Source: Geosiphon pyriformis uo1 (lineage: Eukaryota; Fungi; Glomeromycota). Taken from it: a stretch of 64,000 bases of DNA. The position numbers and the translations under genes were made by a program. The notes below the pieces were generated by a model that saw only the letters and a list, made by a program, of their open reading frames with translations, was not told the origin of the DNA and made no database searches. The stretch's first letter is position 1. Each line of letters opens with the position of its first letter. Below, in pieces: positions 1 to 12,230 of this stretch. Location of the stretch: the NCBI GenBank assembly GCA_016748015.1, contig JAAOMT010000571.1, positions 995,095 to 1,059,094 of the forward strand. The letters are read 5' to 3'.

Positions 1-425
1 TGCAAATTGCCTTGGCTTATTTTTTATTTTCTCTTTTATCTTTTCTTTATTTTCTTTGTTGTCTACTAACTTGATTAAAAGATTTACTCTTGGAGAACTT
101 ATGGAGGAATAAACTTGCTTAAACAATACTTACTCTTGGAAAACTTATAAAGAAATTGATGTTAGGAAACAGCACTAGTATACACTTACAGAAGATATTG
201 TACCAAGAGAATCATCAACCATCAAGCTGAGCAGCAATTAACAAAACTATGGTTTCAGGAAACTACTAATAAACTGTTACCAGTAAATTTCTGTCCATTA
301 TACAAAGAACTTAATTGGAAAACCTTCAGATAAAATACCTTCAGATTATCATTGTCACCAATCACTTTGAGCACCAAATTATGGGTTTGTTATTTACTCA
401 ACACCCCAAAGAATCATCTGTAACA
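1..425 (+). repeat. 5' LTR of element A (3' part only)
   Basis: Ends ...CTGTAACA, followed by TT and TGG PBS; direct repeat of 29501-29910. Confidence 0.92.
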
Positions 426-427
426 TT

Positions 428-442
428 TGGTGCTTCCTGTGA
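428..442 (+). promoter_or_regulatory. Primer-binding site of element A (TGGTGCTTCCTGTGA)
   Basis: TGG 2 nt after LTR end; same site in B (28231-28247, -) and D (39732-39748, -). Resembles the complement of elongator tRNA-Met or tRNA-Ile(UAU) 3' ends; tRNA identity not confirmed. Confidence 0.8.
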
Positions 443-486
443 AGTATAATCTTACAGAAAACCAGTGCCAACAATACCATCCAAAC

Positions 487-3400
487 GTGGCAGAATCAGA
501 AATTATAGGAGCCAACCACTTAGGATTTGCAAAATCTTTGTTTCAACAATACAGCCAACAATTAGAATTAAACAGTAATCACTATTCAGCCAAATCAGCC
601 TTCAACTATTACATCAACAATAAAATCACAGACTGTTTAGGAGGAATCATTAATATTGAGTCAGCAAGAGAAAATTTCTATACAGAATTATTTTAACACA
701 CTAGCTTACCAAGAAATTACAGTTTTGTCCCAATCATCAGGAATATCAATCAAACTATTGAAAGATACATGCAACAACAATTTCTTATTACCTATGCAGA
801 CAAAGGTAAAGGAAAAATACAAATACCAGCAGCAACACCAAAAAGAATACAGTTACTTAATTAGAAGAAACACAGAGTAGAATCACCAACTGCTCCATTA
901 TATCATTACACACCTGGAAGCACCATTAACATTTCATCAATAGATGCGTTCACATCAAACACAACATCAACATTTGAAAGATTTTAGTTCTAAAGCAAAC
1001 AATAGAAAGAAGACTTACTAGGACCATATGGCGCATATTTTGAAGGATTTAAATCACAATCTCCAATACCATCAGGAATTTGATCACTAATACCCCAACC
1101 AGATTTCGAAGCCACTACTCCATGGGAATTATCAGAGGAAGAAAAGAAAGGAAGTGAAAATCAAGAATTTACTTACCAAAACCCAATCTCAGAAAACTCG
1201 GAATTCAGAACCCCGAATGTTCAAACTCTGCAAAATCCAAACATAAAAAATCCAGAAATTGAAACTCCGAATATTAGAACTCAGCAAAATCAAAACAATC
1301 AGAACCCCGATTTAATTAATCAGCCAAATGTACCTCCAAATATTGTCATCAATCACCCACTAATTGATCCGATAGTTGAACCCATTCAACAGCCATCTCA
1401 ACAACTAAATCTGCAAATCCAACAGCCACAAAGACCACCTTAGCAACCACCACTGCAACAACAACTGCTATAGCAGCCACAACAACAACTAAATGTAAAC
1501 CAAATGGCTTACGCACCCATCGCCAAGTTAGAAAACTTTACCAGTGAAGAAAATGGTGCTCAAGCATGAATCAATGATGTCTTCAAGGCCATCATAGCAA
1601 ACAATTGGGATGATGCCAGAGCCCTATAGGCAATCTCATACTTTCTCAAAGAAACCGCTGATTCTTAGTACTAGAGTTTAGCTGCCAAACCACAAACATT
1701 TCAACAATTCAAAACTGCCTTTCTGGGATATTTTAGCAACAATAATAGTATTAATTGTCTAGCCAATACTTTTACCACAATCAAACAGAATAATACTGAA
1801 GCAGTTACAACATACTTAGGACACTTTCATAGAGTCCTATGCCAAATTCAAGCCATCGACACCATGTATTTCACAGAACCCCAGATCTTTAACCAGTTTA
1901 TTTGTGGCCTGCACAGTAGCATTTTGCAACACATATGCCCATTACACCCAGCCAACCTTCAAGCCGCAGTTATATATACTAAAGATTTTGAATCAGTTAA
2001 GCTAGAAGCCAACTATGCTCAAGCTGTAAATTTAGTAATGAATAGATCATCTGATTTGAATTTCAAATTGAAGCAAATCAGTGATACCATCAATCAGAAA
2101 ATTGAGGAATACTTAGTTAACAACCATCAGTCCATTTATCAACCTTCCCAAAGACACAGTAATTAGGGAAACTACAATCATTCCCAAAATCAAGTGTATC
2201 TCTCAACATCAGCCAATCAGCAGTGGCAGCCAGAAATATGTGTCTGCCACAACTGTGATAAACAAAACCACATAAGAGCCAACTGCAATGCTTATAACTG
2301 ATGATTGAGAAATTAACATCAAAACCCCAATCACCAATTCCAAACCCTGAATCAATATTAAAATCAAGAGCAAAATCAAAACACTTATCTGCCAATAACA
2401 CAGCAGCCAATTTATCAAGCACCAGTATATTAGACCCCAGTTTATCAACTGCAGCCACCAGCAATATATTAACTGCAGCCATCTGTAATATATCAACCAC
2501 AGCCACAATTAATCTATCAATCTCAAACTATTCAAACACCACCCCAAAACTTACCTCAACATGGAACCCAAAGACTGAGAATAATATAACAAAACTGGAG
2601 ATTAGTGATGGTTGTCCACCAACTGATTCCCAGTTTCTCCAACTCAACATTAGGATCACATTCTAGGAATTTGGGTACTAGTGCCACCCAAAACCTAAAT
2701 TCCCAGAACTATTTAAGTCTTCTGGTTACCCCAGAAGACACTACACCCAGCAACCCAGAAACCAATCCAATCCAAAAACTTACCAGCAACATACCACTAG
2801 CAATGGTTACCGAAAACAAAACATTAGCAGCCATCTTCCTGTTTGAGTTCGAGGAAACCACCCCAGTTCCATTATTCAGTAGAGCTGCCTTTGAAGAAAA
2901 ACCCATTACAGCAATATATACTGATGCCAAAGTAGATAGCCACTCCATCAAATTAATTCTAGATAGTGATTCAGCAGGCAGCATTATCACATGACAACTC
3001 ATGGACCAATTAGGTCACCAAGTTGATCATGCTGGTAGTGCTTATATAATTACTGCTGATGGAGTAACCAAAACTCCAATCGGTGAAATCAATGATTTCC
3101 CATTTGAAATCAATGGCATTATAATATCTATTAAAGTCTTGGTAATGGAAGCCACACAATACTAGGCTCTTGTGGGCAACGATTAGTTGTCAAAAACCCA
3201 TGCTACTCTTGATTGGACCACCCAAGAACTACAATTAATCTTTGGTAGTTAGCATACTCAAACACCAGCCATTTGTGGCCACTTTAAGCCAAGCAATGCC
3301 CAACTACTTATCGAGTTCGAGGAAGAAACAAAGAAACCTACCTGGGAAGCCTACCAAGTCTCATGAGCCGACCAAGACCATAATGAGTTGCCATCAGTAC

Positions 3401-6400
3401 CTTCTTGAAATGGCAATGTCAAAGGAAAGCAAAAAGAAACAGAACTTATCTGGACCTCTGACCAAGCTTGGAAAACAAAAAATGACTACAATGAACAGAC
3501 TAATTGGAAATAAGAAGAGGAAAATAATGGAAAGAGAAAAGGGAAAGAAACCACACTGGAAGAGACCACCAGTACCAGCAAAATAACTAGTGGCTGGACC
3601 AGTTCATACTCAGTCCATGAGCCACTACCACAACCACCATATATTCCACTCAAATGCAAAGACTGTGGAAAAAAACTTTTTTTCATGGGAGCATGAATCG
3701 CACCAGATGAAGACCACTGAACACGAACCCATTACTATTGTAAGCTATGTCATAGAAAATGCTATGACTACTCAAAGAAACAGGGCAAGTAGGACAATGA
3801 ATCATGTCTCGCTTGCAGTGAACAACTGCTCAATGAAAGAATGTGGAATGACATTTCTGGTCAAGAAAGAACATATGATGCTTTGTGCCAATACATGATT
3901 CTCATTAGTGACTGGGTGAGTCATGGTACTCTGATTACAGCAGCATGGCACCGAGCACTTGATTGTTTAGACAGTTACTTCCACAACAAAAAGGAGATCT
4001 AGCAAATGGCCAATGCTAAAGTAGAAGGTGCTACACCCAGTGAAATACTGGAAATTAAGAACAATTCTCCAGAACTGGTCGATATCATTCGTATTCCTAA
4101 CTCAGATGCTTTTATGAACAAAGAAACAGGTCCAGAAGACTTCTACAAATACTACCAAAATTTGGCACCTACAAGATAAGAGCAGGAGCAGCATTTAGAA
4201 CAACTAAACATCTGATTATGTAACCACTGTTTGATTCCCTGTGACTTCCAATATTGTAATGAGTGTGACTTTATTTACAATTCACTACCACACATAATCT
4301 ACACAATTCTAGAAGAAATTGAACCAATCAGCAGCTGCGCATCTGAATTGGAATCACTGTTTGATCTTGATTCAAACTCCAACAACGACAACAAAAACAC
4401 TGGTTCTAGCTTCATTCAAATTGGTAATAACAACGATGACAATTCCAACTCAGATTCAAACTCTGACCCAAAATATGAACAATACATTGCACTGCCAGAC
4501 CTTTCTAAAGAACAGGAGTTAAAATCGTATAGTGACAATAATGAAGGTATTATGCCAGAACATGCGCATAATACTGATGCTGGATTTGATCTGAGGTATT
4601 CAGGGAAAGATACCATCAAATTGGAACCACATTTGCACATTTGCATTGATCTGAAAGTAGCATTAGAAATCCCAACAACAACAATGGTTCAACTAGCATC
4701 TAGGAATAGTTTAGTGAAAAGAGGGATTAATATAAGAGGAGGAATAATTGATGTAGGATATATAGGAAATATCATTGCTATGCTACAAAATGACTTTGAA
4801 AAAGCCTATATCATAGAGCCAAATGAAAAAATAACACAGGCAATATTTTTGCCTCTGGTGAAAATAGCACAATTAGTATTAATAGAAAATAAAGAGGAAT
4901 TAGGAATAACAGCAAGAGGAATACAGGAATTTGGATTAACAGGTAGAATAAATATATCAGTCAATATAGCAGAAAAAGAAATTGTTGACCAAGGAGAAAT
5001 TATTTCAACAGGTCAAGCAATTTTCATTTCACTATATGGCCAGTACATGGTAGGGATAAAGTAGAAAGTAAAAGAACAGAATCAGATTTTTGAAGCAGAA
5101 CCAACTCTTTGTGAATCAGGAGAGATTGGACTCATCAATCTCCATATACCAGCCAAAGATTACAGTCACATCAAAATTCCCATCTATAATAACACAGGAA
5201 ATGTCATAGTAATACCAGCCAAAACTACTATTGGATACTTAAGCATTGAAATAGAGGATCAACCACCAAGCACCATTCCAGACTTTCCACAGCTTTGTGG
5301 ATATGTTGATATCATATTACAAACAATATACAGATAAAGTGAATGTTATTTGCTCCAACCAGAGCAATTGGAACAAATGAACATGGGAAACTTAGACCCA
5401 CTTTAACATATGCAGCTTAAGATGTTGCTTAATAATTTTAATGACATCTTTGTCAGCAAAAACGAATTTGGCAGAACTGACATCATCCAACATCAGATCA
5501 AAACTGAAGATGTGATGTCGATCAAACAAAGAGCATACAGAGTGCCACCAACCAGCCATGAGATCATTCATCAAGAAATCAATCGAATGCTTGACAATAG
5601 GCTAATTCAGTCATCAATAAGTCTATGGTTATTACCAGTAGTACTCATCTATAAGAAAAATAGAAAAATCCGATTTTGTGTAGACTACAGGAAACTCAAT
5701 AGTATAACTTGTGGAAACAGCTATCCAACTTCACAAATACAAAAACTATTCGATGTTTTCGGTGGAAACAAATGGTTCTCAACGTTAGACTTGGATAGTG
5801 GTTACTGGCAAGTAGCCATGAATCTAGCCAACAAAGAGAAAACGGCATTCACTATAAGAGAAAGGAATTTTGAATTTGAAGTAATGCCATTCGGCTTAAC
5901 CAATGTCCCAGCAACTTTCCAATGGCTAATGGAAATTGTGTACACTGGTTTATTGTGGAAATCAGTAGTTGTATACTTAGACAACACCAATGTATTCTCA
6001 AAAACATTTAATGATCATCTTCATTATTTTCAATAAGTATTCAAAAGACTGTGACAAGCAGGATTAAAGCTAAATGCTACCAAGTGCTTCTTTGGCAAAA
6101 CAGAACTGAAGTTTCTGGAACATATAGTTAGCAAAGACGGTATTAAGACAGACCCAGACAAGATAGAAATAGTAAAGAACTTTCCAGTGCCAACCAATGT
6201 GACTGAACTAAAATCATTCTTGGGATTTGCAAGCTATTATCATCACTTCATCAAAAACTTTTTTAAAATAGCTCAGCCACTTAACCATCTACAAACCAAG
6301 AATGTGAAATATGAATGAACAGAAACGCAACAAAAAGCTTTTGACATTTTAAGAGGAAAGTTCATTCAAGTGCCAGTATTAATCTATCCAGATTACAACA

Positions 6401-6777
6401 AACCATTCATCATTACTACTGATGCATCAGGTCAAGCATTGAGAGCAGTACTATCTCAGAAAAAACCAGATGGAAGAAAACATCCAGTAACATTTGCCAG
6501 CTGAGGCTTAACACCAGCCAAAAAGAACTATGGAACACTGGAACAAAAACACTTAGCAATATACAGGGCAGTCATAAAATGAAAAGAATACTTGAGCCAG
6601 AAGTTTGAAGTGTACACAGATCACAAAGGATTAATATCACTCCAAAAACAAGAATTTGGAGATAGAAGACAGTCAAGATGGAAAATGGCACTTGCACTAT
6701 ATACTTATACCATATATTATAAAAAAGGAAAAGACAATAGAAATGCTGATGGTTTGTCGTGAATGAGACAAATCTAA
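487..6777 (+). pseudogene. Element A gag-pol, single frame: N-domain, capsid, CCHC, aspartic protease, Cys-rich domain, dUTPase, RT, RNase H; many transition-derived stops
   Basis: ORF fragments 427, 1864, 2605, 4231 and 5410 share one frame. Motifs: CHNCDKQNHIRANC, ILDSDSAGSII, DAGFDL/SRNSL/GGIIDVGYIGNI, RFCVDYRKLN, MPFGL, VYLDN, NADGLS. Confidence 0.9.
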
Positions 6778-6838
6778 GAACATTTCAACCCAAAAATATA
6801 ACAAAACCAAAACAATACTCACGAAAATATAACAAAAG

Positions 6839-8221
6839 ATAAACACACAAAAATATCAACAACTTCAACTTTATATAGATATTTAACAGTTCAAGGAAAA
6901 ATTATCTCAACCAGAACAAAAGAGGATCAAACAACAATCCAAATATTTTATCACTCACCAAAATATATTTTATCAGAAAAATAGAAAAGATTCAGATCAA
7001 CCAACCAGAGTAATTACAGAACCAGAAAAAAAGACAATACTGTTCAACATGCACTCAGATCCAGCTGCAAGACATTTTCATAAAGAAGCAACCATAGAAA
7101 GAACCAGAAAGAGATACTATTGGCCATTGATATATCCAGACATCATCCAATATGTTCAAAATTGTGACACTTGTCAGTGAAGAGGAGAAACAAGACCCAG
7201 TGAACTATTAAGATCAATCAAAGTGGGACAATCATTTGACTGTATTGGAATTGATTTAGTCAGACCATTAACAATCACCAGCAGAGGAAACAGATACATA
7301 GCAGTAGCCATAGACTATCTCACTAAATGGCCAGAGACAAAAGCAATTCAAAGAGTGGATGCAGAATCTATTGCCGAATTCATTCATTAGGATTTGATTT
7401 GTTGACATGGATGTCCAAAAGAATTATTATCAGATCAAGGAACGCATTTTGTGAACAGAACATTAACAGAATTGAGCCAAAGATTCGGAATTTAAAGACC
7501 ATTATTATCACCATACCATCCACAAACCAATGGATTAATCAAAAGATTCAACAGAACATTGTGTGAAGCAATAGCTAAGCTCAGCCAAGAAAACCAGAAC
7601 GATTGGGATTTGTTGATATCATCAGTACTATTTGTTTATCGGACAATAAAGCAAGATACTACACAAGCAACACCATTTGAATTAGTATATAGTAGAATAG
7701 CAATACTACCAATAGAAATAGAAGTCAGCACATACCCAACCAAACCAATAACAAAAGAGAATTTCAAAAACATATTGTTGAGAAGAACATATGACTTAAT
7801 GGAAACATTAGAAAACAAATGACGGAGAGCAGCTGATAACATACAAAAATCACAAGAGAAACAAAAAAAAAGACATGATAACCAACTACCAGATAAACCA
7901 GTTAAACTTAAGATTGGAAACAAAGTACTACTACATCGTACCAAAGTGAAAAAACAATGGAATGGAAAATTTGACCCCAAATAAGACAGACCATTCCACA
8001 TAGAAAAAATTCTAGGAAATGGAGCTTACAAATTAAGATTGAATAACAAAATCTTGACCAAAGCAGCACATAAAGATTAACTGAAACCATACTACCATAT
8101 AGCATCATCATCTACCAGTAATATTCCACAACTGGGAGTACAAAGAATACTAGTCCAATCAGATAAGATTCTATGAGATCTGAAACCAATTATCATCATT
8201 GATAACAACATGTCCAATTGA
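6839..8221 (+). pseudogene. Element A integrase (HHCC, DDE, GPY/F) in its own frame; start ATG mutated to ATA
   Basis: Frame differs from RT/RH. GIDLV, YLTKWPE, SDQGTHF, PYHPQTNG; 1383 nt, the same length as in B and D. Confidence 0.85.
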
Positions 8222-8245
8222 TTGACAGAAAGAATATATAAAAAC

Positions 8246-8905
8246 ATGGTCAACACAATAGAAAAATGCAGAAAAATGGAAATTACCACCAACATCTATT
8301 CATTAGCACAATAAATTTTTCAATTAATCCAACACCAGGAGATGGAAATTACAATCAATCAACAAACCATTTGATACAAAAGTATTGCAAGGATACCACA
8401 ACACAAAGTACAGAGAAAACTCAAAAATGTTGTTGACAAGATTATGACCAAAGTAAAATTGGCCATAAAAGAACAACGAATAGTCAAATTACACCAAGAA
8501 CTTACTGGAGAAACTTGGACTTGGTGGATGCAATAATTTCCAAAAAATTATTGTTATTTTTACTTGGAACAACACGTGAATATCCAGAACTTATATACGA
8601 ATAAAACAAAATGGTTATTTGACACAACAATACTATAACAACTAGAATATTTTGTAAGAAAAAACAACTTATCCACACAAGCTTGAGCTATTTACCAGCT
8701 ATATATGGGATTTCAAGACTGACCAGAAATTTTATTCAACACAGTAATGGATACAGTTACGAGTAATCAATTGGAAAAAATGATCAACACCCAATTTGAA
8801 GAACTATAAACTCAAATAATACAAGTAATACTCAAAAAAAAAGTTCAAAAAATAATTCAAGAGGGAGAATTAAAAGAGTTAGATTTCAATAGAGCTCAAT
8901 ATTAA
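8246..8905 (+). pseudogene. Element A ORF3, unknown ~219-aa accessory protein (not Env-like)
   Basis: AAC ATG G start conserved in A, B and D; continuous frame once CAA/CGA>stop changes are reverted; ends at the PPT. Confidence 0.7.
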
Positions 8906-8918
8906 AAGGAGAAAATAA
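8904..8918 (+). promoter_or_regulatory. Polypurine tract of element A
   Basis: AAAAGGAGAAAATAA directly before TGTTAC; equivalents at 9986-10000 (-), 20936-20949 (+) and 31348-31362 (-). Confidence 0.8.
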
Positions 8919-9056
8919 TGTTACTCATAAAATATAGGAAGTATATTATTATTAGCAAATAGATATTAGCCAATCAGAAGTAGATGTAGTAAATATGAAA
9001 TTCCAGAATTCCTCTTAGAGAAATTGCAGGATTCCAAAAATTTTAGGATTTTCCAG
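8919..9056 (+). repeat. 3' LTR of element A, left piece
   Basis: Starts TGTTACTC; colinear with B/D LTR starts; interrupted after CCAG (9053-9056). Confidence 0.88.
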
Positions 9057-9985
9057 TATTACAGGTGTTTCTTTGGGGAGTTGAGTGAATAGCAAACCTG
9101 TAACTTGGTGCTCAAGACAATTGGTGACAATGATAATCTGAAGGTATTTTATCTGAAGGTTTTCTAATTAAGTTCTTTGTATAATGGACAGAGATTCAAT
9201 GATAACAGTTTATTAGTAGTTTTCTGAAACCGTAGTTTTGTCAATGGCTTTGCTCAGCTTGATGGTTAATAATTCTCCTGGTATAATATCCTCCATAAGT
9301 GTATACCAGTGCTGTTTCCTGACATCAGTTCCTCCATAAGTCCTCCAAGAGTAAGTATTATTTAAGCAAGTTTATTCCTCTGTAAGTCCTCTAAGAGTAA
9401 GTATTGTTTTAAGTAAGTTTTATTCCTCCACAAGTCCTTCAAGAGTAAATCCTTTAATCAAGTTAGTAGACAATAAAGAAAATAAAGAAAAGATAAAGAG
9501 AAAATAAGAAATAAGCCAAGACAATTTACAAGTTAGTATCCCATCAATAGTCATAATCAAGAGCTATTGTTCTAGTATAGTTAAGTATTAGTTACTATTA
9601 ACATAAAGTGTTGATAGTGAAAAATAAATTGGATATAATGAATAATTATTTATTTGAGAATTGTGGTAACTAAGTTAAAGATTCTTGGTGTTGATTCTGT
9701 CTTTTCTGCTTCTAATATTACTGCTATATATACATATTTGAGATTCCTCAATTCCTCAATTTCTTGTGACAAGAATCCTGGAATTCCTGGAATTCTGTGA
9801 TTCCTGATGAGAAGAATTCTGGAATTCTGGAATTCTGTGATTTTTTGTCGGAGAATCCTGAAATTCTTGGAATCCTGCAATTCCTCTGAAAGGAATCTTG
9901 GAATTCCACATTTACTATATCTACATATGATTGGCTAATATCTACTGACTAATAATATTATATTTCTTATATTCTATGAGTAACA
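9057..9985 (-). repeat. 3' LTR of element B (929 bp)
   Basis: TATTACA...GAGTAACA on + strand; direct repeat of 28250-29178. Confidence 0.92.
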
Positions 9986-9998
9986 TTATTCTCTCCTT

Positions 9999-10649
9999 TT
10001 AATATTAAGCTCCATTGAAATCTAATTTTTTTAATTCTTCCTCTTGAAATATTTCCTGAATTTTGTTTTTGAGAATTACTTGTGTTATTTGAGTCTGTAA
10101 TTCTTCAAATTGAGCATTGGTAATTTTTCCCAATTGATTACTGGTAATTGTATCCATTGCTTTGTTGAGTAGGATTTTTGGTTGATTCTGAAATGCTTGG
10201 TATATAGCTCAAGCTTGTGTGGATAAGTTGTTTTTTTCCACAAAATGTTCTAGTTGTTGTAGTATTGTTGTGTCAAATAACCACTTTGTTTTATCCATAT
10301 ATAAGTTCTGGATATTCATGTGTTGTTCCAAGTAAAAATAACAATAATTTTTTGGAAATTGTTGTGTCCATCAAGTCCAAGTTTCTCTGGTAAGTTCTTG
10401 GTGTAATCCGACTATTTGTTGTTCTTTTATGGCCAATTTTATCTTGGTCATGATCTTGTCAACAACATTTTCAAATCTTTTCTGTGTCTTGTTTTGTGGT
10501 ATCTTTGCCATATTTTTATAACAAATGGTTTGTTGATTGATGGTAATTTCCATCTTCTGGTGTTAGATTAATTGAAAAATTTGTTGGGCTAGTGAATGGA
10601 TATTGTCTGTAATTTCCATTTTCCTGATCTCTTCTGTTGTGTCGACCAT
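9999..10649 (-). pseudogene. Element B ORF3 (accessory ORF)
   Basis: Homologous to A 8246-8905 (MEITINQQTI...QELTRETWT); differs by an in-frame 9-nt indel. Confidence 0.7.
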
Positions 10650-10672
10650 GTTCTTATATATTTTTTTGTCAA

Positions 10673-12055
10673 TCAATTGGACGTGTTGTTGTTAATAATA
10701 ATAATTGGTTCCAGATCTCATGGAATCTCATCTGGTTGGACCAGTATTCTCTGTACTCCTAATTGTGGAATATTACTGGTGGATGATAATGCTATATGGT
10801 GGTATAGTTTCAGTCAATCTCCATGTGCTGCTTTGGTCAAGATTTTGTTATTCAATCTTAATTTATAAGCTCTATATCTTAGAATTTCTTCTATGTGAAA
10901 TGATCTGTCTCATTTGAGGTCAAATTTTTCACTCCATTGTTTTTCCACTTTGGTACAATGTAGTAGTATTTTGTCTCCAATTCTGAATTCAACTGGTTTA
11001 TTTGGTAGTTGGTTATCATGTCTTTCTTTTTGTTTTTCTTGTGACCTTTGTATGTTATCAGCTGCTTTTCGTCATTTGTTTTCTAATGTTTCTATTAAGT
11101 CATATGTTCTTCTTAACAATGTGTTTTTGAAATTTTCTTCTGTTATTGGTTTGGTTGGATATGTGCTGACTTCTATTTCTACTGGTAGTGTTGCTGTTTT
11201 ACCATATACTAATTCAAATGGCATTGCTTGTGTAGTATCTTGCTTCATTGTCTGATAAGCAAATAGTACTGATGGTATCAACAAATTCCAATCATTCTGG
11301 TTTTCTTGGCTGAGTTTAACTATTGCTTTACACAATGTTCTGTTGAATCTTTCGACTAATCCGTTGATTTGTGGATGGTATGGTAATGATAGTGGTCCTT
11401 TAATTCCAAATCTTTGGCTCAATTCTGTTAATGTTCTGTTCACAAAATGAGTTCTTTGGTCTGATAATAATTTTTTTGGACATCTATGTCGACAAATCAA
11501 ATCTTAATGAACAAATTTGGCAATGGATTCTGCATCCACTCTTTGAATTGCTTTTGCCTCTGGCCATTTAGTGAGATAGTCCATGGCTACTGCTATGTAT
11601 CTGTTTCCTCTGCTGGTGATTGTTAATGGTCTGACTAAATCAATTCCAACACAGTCAAATAGTTGTCCCACTTTGATTGGTCTTAATGGTTCACTGGGTT
11701 TCATACCTCCTCTTCGCTGACAAGCATCACAATTTTGAACATATTGGATGATGTCTGGATACATTGATGGCCAGTAGTATCTTTTTCTGGTTCTTTCTAT
11801 GGTTGCTTCTTTGTGAAAATGTCCTGCTGTTGGATTTGAATGCATGTTGAATAGTATTGTCTCTTTTTCTGGCTCTGTAATTACTCTGGTTGGTTGCTTT
11901 AGATCTTTTCTATTTTTCTGATAAAGTATATTTTGGTGAGTGATAAAATATTTTTATTGTTGTTTGATACTCTTTCATTCTATTTGAGATAAATTTTCCT
12001 TGAACTGTTGAGTGTTTATATAATATTACAATTGTTGATATTTTTGTATGTTCAT
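10673..12055 (-). pseudogene. Element B integrase ORF (ATG at 12055)
   Basis: MNIQKYQQ... start; HSNPTAGH, CDAC, GIDLV, DYLTKWPEA, PYHPQINGLVERFN. Confidence 0.87.
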
Positions 12056-12230
12056 CTTTTGTTATATTTTTTATTGGTATTGTTCTGGTTTTGTTATATT
12101 TTTTTTTTGTTGAAATGTACTTTAAATTTGTTTCATTTGCAACAAACTGTCAGCATTTCTGTTGTTTTTTCTCTTTTTATAATGTATAGTATAATTATAT
12201 GATGCAAGTGTCATTTTCCATCTTGACTGT

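Noticed and set aside
2992-3000. TGA CAA CTC shared by A, B and D just after the protease active site, as a programmed readthrough site
   Set aside because: It lies inside the protease fold, C has a sense codon (TAC) there, and CGA>TGA is a very common lesion here. It also shows that shared stops alone are weak evidence.
8246-8905. ORF3 as an envelope gene
   Set aside because: Short, with no visible signal peptide, transmembrane helix or Cys-rich ectodomain.
10596-11255. Recurrent antisense ORFs over integrase/ORF3 (also 7636-8295 and 31966-32625)
   Set aside because: They recur because the copies are homologous; no motifs; best explained as shadows of the A/C-rich sense strand.
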